Shown piece after piece: positions 34,895 through 44,633 of a stretch of 53,132 nucleotides of DNA. The stretch's first letter is position 1, and every line of letters starts with the position of its first letter. The notes beneath the pieces are model-generated. The model was given only the letters and a program-made list of their open reading frames with translations, searched no databases and was not told where the DNA came from. Source of the DNA: Pseudomonadales bacterium (GTDB lineage Bacteria; Pseudomonadota; Gammaproteobacteria; Pseudomonadales; Azotimanducaceae); NCBI GenBank assembly GCA_047920935.1, contig JBLRXD010000001.1:8885-62016 (forward strand), written 5' to 3'. The position numbers were made by a program, and so were the translations under genes.

Positions 34895-35593
34895 ATGACC
34901 AACGATGCATCCCGCCCTGACGACCGCCTGGAGGTGGCGTTTCTCACCAGCGCCCCGGATCTGGAGCGCAGCCCACCGCCGGACCAGCCCGAGGTCGCCT
35001 TCGCCGGCAGATCGAATGCTGGCAAGTCCAGCGTGCTGAACCGCCTCACCGGCAGCCGGCAGACGGCCAAGGTGAGCAAGACCCCGGGCCGCACCCAGAT
35101 GCTCAATTTCTTCCAGGTAAACCGCATCGGCCGGGACCCGAGCCGTGGTCGCATCATCGACCTGCCAGGCTACGGCTATGCGAAAGCCGGCCGCGACGCC
35201 CAGGCACGCTGGCAACAGGAGGTGAACCGGTTTCTCTCGGAGCGGCAGAGCCTGGTGGCCATGGTGCTGGTGATGGACATCCGCCACCCGTTGCAGCCCT
35301 ACGACCTGGAAATGATCGACTGGGCCGCGGCCTCGGCGCTGCCGCTGCTGGTGTTGCTCAACAAGGCGGACAAGATCGGCTACGGCGCCCAGCAGAAAGT
35401 TCTGGCCCAAGTACGCACCCATCTGCGCGAGCTGCCGGACGCGGATGCGGTGACGTTTTCGGCCCTCAAGGGCGGCTCCTCGGGGCCACTGCTGGAGGCG
35501 CTGCGCGGCTGGCTCGTCGATGTCGACCTCGATGCATTCATTGACGCCAACGAACCTTCTCAGCCGGACGGGCCGGAGGAGCCTGGCGGCTAG
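34895..35593 (+). CDS. engB: ribosome-biogenesis GTPase YihA/EngB
   Basis: G1 motif GRSNAGKSS and G4 motif LNKADK. The start is the internal ATG 34895. Confidence 0.9.
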   Translation: MTNDASRPDDRLEVAFLTSAPDLERSPPPDQPEVAFAGRSNAGKSSVLNRLTGSRQTAKVSKTPGRTQMLNFFQVNRIGRDPSRGRIIDLPGYGYAKAGRDAQARWQQEVNRFLSERQSLVAMVLVMDIRHPLQPYDLEMIDWAAASALPLLVLLNKADKIGYGAQQKVLAQVRTHLRELPDADAVTFSALKGGSSGPLLEALRGWLVDVDLDAFIDANEPSQPDGPEEPGG

Positions 35594-38331
35594 TGCGCCT
35601 CGTCCCAATTGGCGCCCACGCCGGTGTCCACCACCAGCGGCACTGACAACTCGGCCGCCTGCTGCATGCGCGCCCGCACCCCGGCCACCAGGGCCTCGAC
35701 CTGCGTTTCAGCGACTTCGAACACCAGTTCGTCATGGACCTGCATGATCAGCAGTGCATCCAGCGCCGACTCGGTGAGCCAGGCGTTCACGGTGATCATG
35801 GCGCGCTTGATGATGTCCGCCGCGGTGCCCTGCATGGGGGCGTTGATGGCCGTGCGCTCGGCCGCCTGGCGCCGCTGGCCGTTACGCGCGGCGATCTCGG
35901 GCAAGTACAGGCGGCGCCCGAACACGGTCTCCACGTAGCCCTGCTCGCGCGCCACCTCGCGGGTGCGGTCCATGTAGGCCCGCACCCCGGGATAGCGGTC
36001 GAAGTACCGCTCGATGTAATCCTGCGCCAGCGGCCGGGAGATGCCCAGCTGGCGGCCGAGGCCGAACGCCGACATGCCGTAGATGAGCCCGAAGTTGATT
36101 GCCTTGGCGCTGCGGCGCTGGTCGTCGCTCACCTCGTCGAGAGCGCACCCGAAGACCTCCGCGGCGGTTGCCCGGTGGATGTCCTGGTTGGCCGCGAAGG
36201 CGGTGCTGAGCCCTTCGTCGCCCGACAGGTGCGCCATGATGCGCAGCTCGATCTGCGAGTAGTCGGCAGCGACGATGCAGCGCCCGGAGGGCGCGACGAA
36301 CGCCTGGCGGATGCGCCGGCCCTCGCTGTGGCGAATGGGGATGTTCTGCAGGTTGGGATCGGACGACGACAGCCGGCCGGTGGCGGTAACCGCCTGGTGG
36401 TAAGAGGTGTGGATACGACCGGTGGTGCGGTTGATCTGCGCCGGCAGCTTGTCGGTATAGGTGGACTTCAACTTCGCGAGGATGCGGTACTCGATGATCA
36501 GCCGGGGCAGCTCGAAATCCCGCGCCAGATCCTGCAGTACCTCCTCGGCGGTGGACGGTTGTCCTTTGGGCGTCTTCTTCAACACCGGCAGCGACTGCTG
36601 CTCGTAGAGAATATGCTGCAGCTGCTTTGGCGAATCCAGGTTGAACTGCTGCCCGGCGGCGGCCCAGGATTGCTCCTTGAGCGCCTGCATGCGCTCCGCC
36701 AGCTCGCCGCTGAAGGCCTTGAGCAGCCCACCATCCACCAGCGCACCGTTGCACTCCATGCGCGACAGCACCGGCACCAGCGGCAGCTCGATGTCCTGAT
36801 AGACGGCCGCCAGCCGGGGCTCGGCCTGCAGCTGCGGCCACAGGGCTCGATGCAGCTTCAGGGTGATGTCTGCATCCTCGGCCGCGTAGGCGGCCGCCTG
36901 CTCCACGGGCACCTGATTGAAGCCGATCTGTTTTGCGCCCTTGCCGGCTACGTCTTCGTAGCGGATGGTCTCCACCCCCAGATGGCGTCGGGCCAGATCG
37001 TCCATGTTGTGGCGGCCGGCAACGCTGTTGAGCACATATGACTGAAGCATGGTGTCGTGACGCACCCCGCGCACGCTGATGTCGTAACGGCTGAGCACGT
37101 TGACGTCGTATTTCAGGTTCTGGCCCACCTTGGCCCGCTGATGGTTCTCGAGCCAGGGTTTCAGTCGCTCCAGCACGCCGGCGAGAGGCAGCTGATCGGC
37201 AACGTCCGGGCCGTCGTGGCCCACCGGAACGTAGCAGGCGTCATCCGGCTCGACGCAGAACGACAGACCCACCAGCGCCGCGTCCATGTAGGCAAGGCTG
37301 GTGGTCTCGGTATCGAAGGCAGCCAGATCGCTGCTCATCAGGCGTGCAACCCAGCGGTCGAGGGCATCCCAGGTGGTGACGATGTCCACGTGTCGGGGGG
37401 CGCTGCTGACGACATCGCGGCCCGGCGCCTCCACCGCACCGGCCGCGTCTGACTCGAGCTCCTCGAGCCAGCTTCTGAACTCCAGCTGCCCGAACAACGC
37501 CATCAGGGCCTCTTGGTCCGGCGGGTCGGGCTGCAAGTCGCTGATGTGCACGTCGAGTTCGACGTCGCACTTGATGCTGGTGAGCTCCCGGGACAACGGC
37601 AACCGATCGAGCGCCGCGCGCAGGTTCTCGCCGACCTTGCCCTTGATCTCGGCCGCCGCCGCCATGATGCCATCGAGGCTGCCGTACTCGTTCAGCCACT
37701 TGGCCGCCGTTTTCGGCCCGACCTTGTCGACTCCGGGAATGTTGTCCACGGTATCGCCCATCAGCGCCAGGTAGTCGACGATGCGCTCTGGCGGCACGCC
37801 GAACTTCTCGATCACGCCCTGACGGTCCATGCGGGTGTCGGTCATGGTGTTCACCAGGGTGACGTGCTCGCTCACCAGCTGCGCCATGTCCTTGTCGCCA
37901 GTTGAGACCACCACCTCGCGGCATTCCTCCGTGGCCTGGGTGGCCAGCGTGCCGATGACGTCGTCAGCCTCGACGTCCGGGACGATCAGCAGCGGCAGGC
38001 CCATGGCGCGGATGATTTCGTGGATGGGGGCGATCTGCTCCCGCAGGTCGTCGGGCATGGGCGGCCGGGTGGCCTTGTACTGCGGGTAAATGTCGCTGCG
38101 AAAGGTCTTGCCCTTGGCGTCGAACACCACCGCGATGGGGCTGTCCTGATAGTCCTTGGCGAGCTTGCGCAGCATGCTGATGACGCCCCGCACCGCCCCC
38201 GTGGGCGCACCCTGGGAGGTCCGGAGGTCTGGCAGGGCGTGGTAGGCCCGAAACAGATAGGACGACCCATCTACCAGCAACAGAGGTTTGTCCGCTGCGC
38301 TTTGCGCAGAATCCGTGTTCGCCGCCTTCAA
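35590..38331 (-). CDS. polA: DNA polymerase I
   Basis: 913 aa with 5'-nuclease, 3'-5' exonuclease and polymerase domains. Motifs include ...ADYSQIELRIMAH... and QVHDELVFE. Confidence 0.95.
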   Translation of the reverse strand: MKAANTDSAQSAADKPLLLVDGSSYLFRAYHALPDLRTSQGAPTGAVRGVISMLRKLAKDYQDSPIAVVFDAKGKTFRSDIYPQYKATRPPMPDDLREQIAPIHEIIRAMGLPLLIVPDVEADDVIGTLATQATEECREVVVSTGDKDMAQLVSEHVTLVNTMTDTRMDRQGVIEKFGVPPERIVDYLALMGDTVDNIPGVDKVGPKTAAKWLNEYGSLDGIMAAAAEIKGKVGENLRAALDRLPLSRELTSIKCDVELDVHISDLQPDPPDQEALMALFGQLEFRSWLEELESDAAGAVEAPGRDVVSSAPRHVDIVTTWDALDRWVARLMSSDLAAFDTETTSLAYMDAALVGLSFCVEPDDACYVPVGHDGPDVADQLPLAGVLERLKPWLENHQRAKVGQNLKYDVNVLSRYDISVRGVRHDTMLQSYVLNSVAGRHNMDDLARRHLGVETIRYEDVAGKGAKQIGFNQVPVEQAAAYAAEDADITLKLHRALWPQLQAEPRLAAVYQDIELPLVPVLSRMECNGALVDGGLLKAFSGELAERMQALKEQSWAAAGQQFNLDSPKQLQHILYEQQSLPVLKKTPKGQPSTAEEVLQDLARDFELPRLIIEYRILAKLKSTYTDKLPAQINRTTGRIHTSYHQAVTATGRLSSSDPNLQNIPIRHSEGRRIRQAFVAPSGRCIVAADYSQIELRIMAHLSGDEGLSTAFAANQDIHRATAAEVFGCALDEVSDDQRRSAKAINFGLIYGMSAFGLGRQLGISRPLAQDYIERYFDRYPGVRAYMDRTREVAREQGYVETVFGRRLYLPEIAARNGQRRQAAERTAINAPMQGTAADIIKRAMITVNAWLTESALDALLIMQVHDELVFEVAETQVEALVAGVRARMQQAAELSVPLVVDTGVGANWDEAH

Positions 38332-38403
38332 CTTGCTTCATCCTCGGGTGATCGGCGACCCATGCTTTGCCTTGAGCAGCGCTTTGGGTCAACATTCACG
38401 GTT

Positions 38404-38748
38404 ATGGTAACCGCCTTTTGCAACACCCCGAAACGACCCCGCCAGCCTCCGAGCGTGCGGCTACGACGCGCTGCCGCAGCGGCAGTGGCGGCAGCGCTGA
38501 TGACGGCGGCCGCGTCGGTCGCCGTCGCCGCCGACGAAGACCGGCTGCGCGGCCCCGACGTCACCATCATTGCCGAGGAAGAGCGCGTCATTTACGAGTT
38601 CCGCCAGGCCGGCGTGCTGCGCATGGTGCGGGTGGTGCCCACCTTCGGCAGGCCCTACTATCTGGTTCCCCGGGATCCTACCCGCGGTTTCGGTGATCTC
38701 GAGCGGGCCGACATGTTGCTGCCGTCCTGGGTCATCGTGGAATTCTGA
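38404..38748 (+). CDS. DUF2782-family exported protein
   Basis: From ATG 38404 there is a signal-like Ala-rich N-terminus. ...PYYLVPRDP... is typical of the gene found between polA and thrB in pseudomonads (from memory). Confidence 0.65.
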   Translation: MVTAFCNTPKRPRQPPSVRLRRAAAAAVAAALMTAAASVAVAADEDRLRGPDVTIIAEEERVIYEFRQAGVLRMVRVVPTFGRPYYLVPRDPTRGFGDLERADMLLPSWVIVEF

Positions 38749-38771
38749 TTGGGTTCCCGGATCGGCCCTGC

Positions 38772-39749
38772 GTGAGCGCCACCACCGAGCTGGATCTGCA
38801 GCGCGTTCGGGATCTGCTGGGCAACTACCGGATCGGTGATCTGGTGCGCTACTGGCCGGCCTCCGGCGGCATCGAGAACAGCAATTACTTCGTTGCCACG
38901 CTGCTCCAGAGCGAGCAGCGAGAGTATGTGCTCACTATCATTGAGAGACCGCCCCACTCGGGCGATGCCATCGTCCCTCTGCTGGACACTTGCGTTGCAG
39001 CGGGCCTGCCGGTGCCGGCCGTGGTGCGCACCCGGGACGGCGCAGCCTTTGCCGACGCGGACGGTAAACCGGTCATGGTCTGCCCACGGTTGCCGGGGCG
39101 CCACGTCTGCAACCCGACGCTGCGGCAACTGGAGGCGCTGGGTCGCTTCCTGGCCCGCTTCCATGTGGCCACGACAGCGGCCGAGCTGCAATTGCCCGAG
39201 TATCCTCGCGATATCGATTGGCTGCAGCGTAACGCCAAGGCGTGCCAGGGGTTCCTTCCCTACCACACGCAAACGCTGCTGACGGATACGCGCCTGCGCC
39301 TGGCCAGCGCCCTGGCCCGTGAGGATCTGACGCTGCTGCCGCGTGGCGCCATCCATGGCGACCTGTTTCGCGACAACGTGCTGTTCGACGACCGCGGGCT
39401 GACCGGGGTGCTGGACTTCCACCACGCAGCCGATGGTTTTCTGCTCTACGATCTGGCGGTTGCCATCAACGACTGGTGCACGCGCGCCGATGGCAGCCTG
39501 GACCTGGAGCGCACCCTGGCGCTGCTGCGCGCCTACCACCGGACCCGACCGATCTGCCGCATCGAACTGTGGTACCTGCCGATTTTCCAACTTTACGCCG
39601 CCCTGGCGTTCTGGACCTCGCGCCTGGTGGTGGCGGTGAAGCAGCGCCGCGGTGCAACGCTTCGCGGCAACAACCCGCTGGAACTTCAGCGGATCGTCGA
39701 GCACTGCAACGCGCACTTTCTCTATCTGGACGAGCGCCAGCTGCTATAG
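38772..39749 (+). CDS. thrB: homoserine kinase (ThrB, APH-fold Pseudomonas type)
   Basis: Contains GIENSNYF and the catalytic region IHGDLFRDNVLF. The start is GTG. Confidence 0.85.
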   Translation: MSATTELDLQRVRDLLGNYRIGDLVRYWPASGGIENSNYFVATLLQSEQREYVLTIIERPPHSGDAIVPLLDTCVAAGLPVPAVVRTRDGAAFADADGKPVMVCPRLPGRHVCNPTLRQLEALGRFLARFHVATTAAELQLPEYPRDIDWLQRNAKACQGFLPYHTQTLLTDTRLRLASALAREDLTLLPRGAIHGDLFRDNVLFDDRGLTGVLDFHHAADGFLLYDLAVAINDWCTRADGSLDLERTLALLRAYHRTRPICRIELWYLPIFQLYAALAFWTSRLVVAVKQRRGATLRGNNPLELQRIVEHCNAHFLYLDERQLL

Positions 39750-40733
39750 GGCGCGAAGCAGGAACAGGGCGAAATGCGCGTCTTCGTCTGTCCACCAATC
39801 CAGAGACTCGAAGCCGCCACGCTGCGCGAGGGCGATGAACTCCTCGGGGTGATACTTGAAGGAGTTTTCGGTATGAATGGCCTCACCAGCCGCCAAGGCA
39901 ATCTCGGTCTCGCCAATGCGCACCGTCTGCGTCGAGCGGCTGCGCAGGAACATCTGGATGCAGCCGCGCTCGGGGTTGTAGCGCGCTTCGTGAGCGAACT
40001 GCTCCAGCACGAAATCCGCCCCCAGGCGCTGGTTGATGTGGTTGAGCACGTTGAGGTTGAACTCAGCGGTCACGCCCTGCGTGTCGTTGTAGGCACGCTC
40101 GATCACAGCGACATCCTTCTTGCGATCGACGCCCACCAGCAGCCGCCCACCGGCGCCAATGGTGGCTCCGACGTTGCGGAGAAACCGCTCAGCCCCTGCC
40201 GGATCGAAGTTGCCGATGCTCGAGCCGGGGAAGAAGCCCACCCGAGGCAACCCATCCACCGGCGCGGGCAGCGTGAATGCGCCAGTGAAGTCGGCACAGG
40301 TCGGAAAGACGTCGAGCCACGGGAAATCCTCGTGGAGCGCACGCGCCTGAGCCTCCAGATGCTCGCCGGAAATGTCGACGGGCACATAGGCCACCGGCCG
40401 GAGGCGCTCCAGCAGCTTACGGATCTTTTCGCTGGTGCCACTGCCGTACTCCACCAGACAGATGCCGTTACCCAGGGCCCGCGCCAGGTCATCCAGGTGG
40501 GCATCGAACAGGGCGAGCTCGGTGCGCGTCAGGTAGTACTCGGGCAGGCGCGTGATGTGCTCGAACAGCACCGAGCCCGCGGCGTCGTAAAAGTACTTTG
40601 GCGGCAGCTGCTTTGGCTGTTCTGTCAGGCCCGCGAGCACTTCCTCGAGCATGCTGGCGGTGCGTGGCTGCAGGTCGAAGAAGCGGAACGTTCCGGGCTT
40701 TGACGGCGAGGGCGATCGGGTCGATGTCTGCAC
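39744..40733 (-). CDS. egtD: L-histidine N-alpha-methyltransferase
   Basis: Contains ...LPPKYFYDAAGSVLFEHITRLPEYYLTRTE... and VEYGSGTSEKIR. GTG 40733 has GGAG 7 nt upstream, immediately after the egtB stop. Confidence 0.85.
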   Translation of the reverse strand: MQTSTRSPSPSKPGTFRFFDLQPRTASMLEEVLAGLTEQPKQLPPKYFYDAAGSVLFEHITRLPEYYLTRTELALFDAHLDDLARALGNGICLVEYGSGTSEKIRKLLERLRPVAYVPVDISGEHLEAQARALHEDFPWLDVFPTCADFTGAFTLPAPVDGLPRVGFFPGSSIGNFDPAGAERFLRNVGATIGAGGRLLVGVDRKKDVAVIERAYNDTQGVTAEFNLNVLNHINQRLGADFVLEQFAHEARYNPERGCIQMFLRSRSTQTVRIGETEIALAAGEAIHTENSFKYHPEEFIALAQRGGFESLDWWTDEDAHFALFLLRAL

Positions 40734-40743
40734 GGGCGGCTCC

Positions 40744-41952
40744 TCAGATATCTTGGGCCAGCCGAATACCGCTGAACTGCCAGCGGTCGCCTGGGTAAAA
40801 AAAATTGCGATAGGTGAGTCGCATATGGTTCGGCTGAGTGACGCACGAGCCGCCCCGCAGCACCAGCTGATTGCTCATGAACTTGCCGTTGTATTCCCCC
40901 AGCGTTCCGGGCAGAGGGCGATAACCCGGATACGGCATGTACGGGCTCGACGTCCACTCCCAGACATCGCCAAACAGCGCCCTCAGGCTCCCGGCCTCCG
41001 GGCGGGCGGGTGGCAGCGGGTGCAAAGCCTGGGTGTCGGCAAAGTTGCCGGATACGGGACGGCCGACGGCGGCACGCTCCCATTCCTGCTCCGTGGGCAA
41101 GCGTCGGCCCGACCAGCGGGCGAACGCATCAGCCTCGTAGTAGTTGACATGGGCAACGGGGGCGCGCGGCTCCACGGGTGTCGGCCCGGACAGACGATAC
41201 TCGTACCACTCGCCGTCGCGCCGATACCAGTACAACGGTCCGGAGCGGCCGTCCGCGGCCGGCGGACGATCCGCAGCACGGATCGACGGCGCCGCCGACA
41301 GCGCCGCCCATCCGTCACTGAGCCACAATTCCGGCCGCTCATAACCGGCGTCCTCGACGAACGCCAGGAACTCCCCGTTGGTGACCGGAGCGTCCGCCAA
41401 CGCAAACGGCCGTAACATCACCTCATGGCGGGGCAGCTCGTTGTCGAAACAGAACCCTTCGTCAGCAGCGGCACCGATACCGATGATGCCGCCGTCGAAC
41501 TCCGTATAGGTGCGGGTGCGCGCGCGGTCGTTCGGTCCGGCGGCGGCCGCGGTGCAGAGATCCGACCGATAGGCCGGCAGCAACGGATTGGTGCCCAGGG
41601 TGTACTTGATGTCGGTGAGCAACAACTCCTGGTGCTGCTGCTCGTGATGCAGACCCAACTCGATGCGGCTGTCGATTTGTTCATCGCCACGTGCGAGCAA
41701 CGCCGCCATGGCGGCATCGACGTGCTCACGGTACTGCAGCACCTCGGCGACCGTCGGGCGCGACAGCGCGCCGCGGCGCGCCCGGGGGTAGGGGTGGCCG
41801 ATACCGTTGTAGTAGGAATTGAAGAGGTATTCGAAGCGCTCGTGAAACGGCCGATAGCCAGTCACGAACGCCTTGAGCAGAAAGGTTTCGAAGAACCACG
41901 TGGTATGCGCCAGATGCCATTTCGGCGGGCTGGCATCGGCCATGGGCTGCAC
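40744..41952 (-). CDS. egtB: ergothioneine-biosynthesis sulfoxide synthase (hercynine oxygenase); 5' end unresolved
   Basis: DinB-like N-terminal domain (SPPKWHLAHTTWFFETF) and FGE-sulfatase C-terminal domain (...VWEWTSSPY..., LRGGSC). The homologous reading frame continues upstream to 42042 without a canonical start codon (see findings). Confidence 0.8.
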   Translation of the reverse strand: MQPMADASPPKWHLAHTTWFFETFLLKAFVTGYRPFHERFEYLFNSYYNGIGHPYPRARRGALSRPTVAEVLQYREHVDAAMAALLARGDEQIDSRIELGLHHEQQHQELLLTDIKYTLGTNPLLPAYRSDLCTAAAAGPNDRARTRTYTEFDGGIIGIGAAADEGFCFDNELPRHEVMLRPFALADAPVTNGEFLAFVEDAGYERPELWLSDGWAALSAAPSIRAADRPPAADGRSGPLYWYRRDGEWYEYRLSGPTPVEPRAPVAHVNYYEADAFARWSGRRLPTEQEWERAAVGRPVSGNFADTQALHPLPPARPEAGSLRALFGDVWEWTSSPYMPYPGYRPLPGTLGEYNGKFMSNQLVLRGGSCVTQPNHMRLTYRNFFYPGDRWQFSGIRLAQDI

Positions 41953-42067
41953 ACCGTAATCCTCGATGGCCAGCGGACGGCAGATCGCTTCAGTGGTCTT
42001 GCGGACCTGTTCGTACCTGGTGGCGAGAATGGCTTCGTCCTGTCATCTGTTACGGCGCGCTCGCCTC

Positions 42068-42712
42068 TCAACCGCCCATCCGCGCAGCGAAAGCTCTGAA
42101 CGCCGCTGCAATAGTATCAGCCTGGTGCGGGACCCGCGCGAACCCGTGATAATGGCCGCGGGGATTGACGATGACGATATTCGCAGTGTGGTCCATCGTA
42201 TAGCCATCGGGCTCCCCGGGCACCATGGTGAACGCCGCGTTCAGCTGGGTAGCAAACTCAGCGGTGGCCACCTTGTCGCCGCGCACCCCGAGGAAGTCCC
42301 TGGAAAACGCCTGCACATACGCGGTCAGCGTTTGCTGATCGTCGCGGTCGGGATCTACCGTCACCAGAATACCCTGAAACAGCTCGGCACCAGGCGCCTC
42401 CTCCTCCTGCAACTGCCGCTCGGCCTGGGCCATGATGGCCAGGCTGGTCGGGCAGATGTCCGGGCAGTTGGTGAACCCGAAGAAGATGAACGACCACTGC
42501 CCCTGCAGTTCAGCCACCGTGAACGGCTCACCGGTATGGGTGGTCAGCTCGAACGGCGCGATCTCCCGGGGGGTCGGCAGCACGAACACGCCGAGGTTGC
42601 GCAGCTGATCATCGGTCAGGATCGTGGTACGAGTGACGCTGTAGTAAAACATGCCGAGAACGACGGCAACGAAGCCCAGAGACAACATCACTGTCAGGCG
42701 TAGCTGATTCAT
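42068..42712 (-). CDS. SCO1/SenC copper chaperone
   Basis: CxxxC motif in FGFTNCPDICP, plus ...MDHTANIV. ATG 42712 overlaps the ctaB stop as ATGA. Confidence 0.85.
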   Translation of the reverse strand: MNQLRLTVMLSLGFVAVVLGMFYYSVTRTTILTDDQLRNLGVFVLPTPREIAPFELTTHTGEPFTVAELQGQWSFIFFGFTNCPDICPTSLAIMAQAERQLQEEEAPGAELFQGILVTVDPDRDDQQTLTAYVQAFSRDFLGVRGDKVATAEFATQLNAAFTMVPGEPDGYTMDHTANIVIVNPRGHYHGFARVPHQADTIAAAFRAFAARMGG

Positions 42713-43629
42713 AACGGTTGAAACTCGATCATGGGAATGGGTTGCGCCACCCACAGGTAGTGATCCACCAGCAGCACCACGAACAGGGCAATGAGATAAA
42801 TGATGGAGTACCTGAAGGTTTCCAGCGGCGCACGCGGATTGCGGTTCAACAGCAGGACCACCGCCCAGTAGAGGAAGCCGGCCCCCAGGCCGACGGCGCC
42901 CGCGAGGTAGAGCCAACCGCTCATGCCGATGGCAAAGGGAAGCAGGCTGACGGCGAACATGATCAGCGTGTAAAGCAGGATGTGCAGCCGGGTGTAAGCT
43001 TCGCCATGAGTGACCGGCAGCATCGGCACATTCGCGGAGGCGTACTCCTCCTTACGATCGAGCGCCAGGGCCCAGAAGTGGGGCGGCGTCCAGGCGAAGA
43101 TGATCAGTACCAGCAGCAGCGCTCCGGGCTCGATGGTGTTGCTGACTGCAGCCCAGCCGAACAGCGGCGGCGCGGCACCGAACAAGCCGCCGATGACGAT
43201 GTTCTGGGGGGTTGCCCGCTTCAGGAACAGCGTGTAGACGAGCCCGTACCCCACCCACGAAGCCAGGTTCAACCAGGCCGTCAGCGGATTGACCAGAAAG
43301 TACAGAATCAGCATACCGGTGATGCCGAGCAGCGCCGCGAACAGGGCGCCCTGCAGGAGCGTCACCCGGCCCATGGCCACCGGCCGCGCGTTGGTGCGCA
43401 GCATGCGGGCATCGATCTGGGCATCGGCAATGTGGTTTACGGCCGCCGCCGAACCGGCGACCAGCGCGATGCCGACAAGGCCGAACACCAGCACGTCCAA
43501 CGGCACCATGCCGGGAACGGCGAGGAACATGCCGACCAGGGCGCACAGCAGCATGAGCAGCACGACGCGGGGCTTGGTCAGCTCCAGGTAATCGCGCCAG
43601 CTGGGCAAGGATGCGGTTATTTCACTCAT
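42709..43629 (-). CDS. ctaB: protohaem IX farnesyltransferase (haem O synthase)
   Basis: The UbiA-family polytopic protein starts YLELTKPRVVLLML... The ATG overlaps the ctaA stop as ATGA. Confidence 0.9.
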   Translation of the reverse strand: MSEITASLPSWRDYLELTKPRVVLLMLLCALVGMFLAVPGMVPLDVLVFGLVGIALVAGSAAAVNHIADAQIDARMLRTNARPVAMGRVTLLQGALFAALLGITGMLILYFLVNPLTAWLNLASWVGYGLVYTLFLKRATPQNIVIGGLFGAAPPLFGWAAVSNTIEPGALLLVLIIFAWTPPHFWALALDRKEEYASANVPMLPVTHGEAYTRLHILLYTLIMFAVSLLPFAIGMSGWLYLAGAVGLGAGFLYWAVVLLLNRNPRAPLETFRYSIIYLIALFVVLLVDHYLWVAQPIPMIEFQPL

Positions 43630-44633
43630 GCGTTCCGTCCGTCTCGGAAGGCGCGGTAGTTTACTGTAACCACCGTCACCAGTAACAGGGCGCCAACGGC
43701 GTTATGCGCCGTAGCAACGGCCAGCGGCAACGCCAGCCAGATGTTCAGAACCCCGAGCAGCAGTTGCAGCCCCAGGATGGCGGCAAGCGGCATCGCCAGT
43801 GCCGAGCCGGCTTGGCGCAGGCGCCAGACGAGCAAACCCACAGCGAACAGCACCACCAGCGCGCCCAGCCGATGGACAAAGTGGATGGCGATCCGGGCGT
43901 CGCTCTCGAGCTGGCCGCCGAGATAGTTCGGGCCCACCGCCTGGGCGAAGTTGAAGCCTTCGGCAAAGTTCATCTCGGGCCACCACTCGCCGTGACAGGT
44001 GGGAAAATCGTGGCATGCCAGCGCGGCATAATTGGACGCAACCCAGCCCCCCAGCGCGATCTGCACGACGACCAGGACCAGGGCAACGCCGGCAAGCGGC
44101 AGCACTGCCCGCGGCGCCCGCAGATGGCTGAGCACGCCGAGTCGCAGACACAACAGCCACAGCAGACTGAGGGTGGTGAAGCCGCCCAGAAGATGAGCCG
44201 TCACCACCTGGGGCCAGAGCTTAAGGGTCACCGTCCAGGCGCCGAATGCGGCCTGGCAGATCACCAGCACCAGCAGGCCCACAGACAACTTCAGGGGCAA
44301 CCGCCGCTGGCCCGTGGGGCTGAGGCCGCGGCGAGCGTCACGGATCGCGCCGATCGCCAAGGCAGCAATGACCAGGCCCAGCGAGCCGGCGAAATAGCGG
44401 TGAATCATCTCCCACCAGGCCTTACTGACTTCCACCGGTGCGTCGGGGAAGCGCGTCTCGGCAGTCGCGATGGCGGATTCGGACATCGGAATACCGAGAA
44501 AACCATAACAGCCGGGCCAGTCGGGACAACCGAGCCCCGCGTCCACCAACCGCGTGTACGCGCCAAGCACCACCACTACAACGGTCAGACCGACCGCGAA
44601 CAGCGCCAGCCGTCGAAATCGTTGTTCAACCAA
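43626..44633 (-). CDS. ctaA: haem A synthase (COX15/CtaA)
   Basis: Contains GAYTRLVDAGLGCPDWPGCYG, with conserved His residues in transmembrane helices. The start is TTG. Confidence 0.85.
   Translation of the reverse strand: MVEQRFRRLALFAVGLTVVVVVLGAYTRLVDAGLGCPDWPGCYGFLGIPMSESAIATAETRFPDAPVEVSKAWWEMIHRYFAGSLGLVIAALAIGAIRDARRGLSPTGQRRLPLKLSVGLLVLVICQAAFGAWTVTLKLWPQVVTAHLLGGFTTLSLLWLLCLRLGVLSHLRAPRAVLPLAGVALVLVVVQIALGGWVASNYAALACHDFPTCHGEWWPEMNFAEGFNFAQAVGPNYLGGQLESDARIAIHFVHRLGALVVLFAVGLLVWRLRQAGSALAMPLAAILGLQLLLGVLNIWLALPLAVATAHNAVGALLLVTVVTVNYRAFRDGRNA

Noticed and set aside
35734-37041. 435-aa + strand ORF, plus other long ORFs inside polA (35882..36841, 37241..37924)
   Set aside because: All overlap the unambiguous polA reading frame, have biased Arg/Gly/Ala composition, and carry no motifs.
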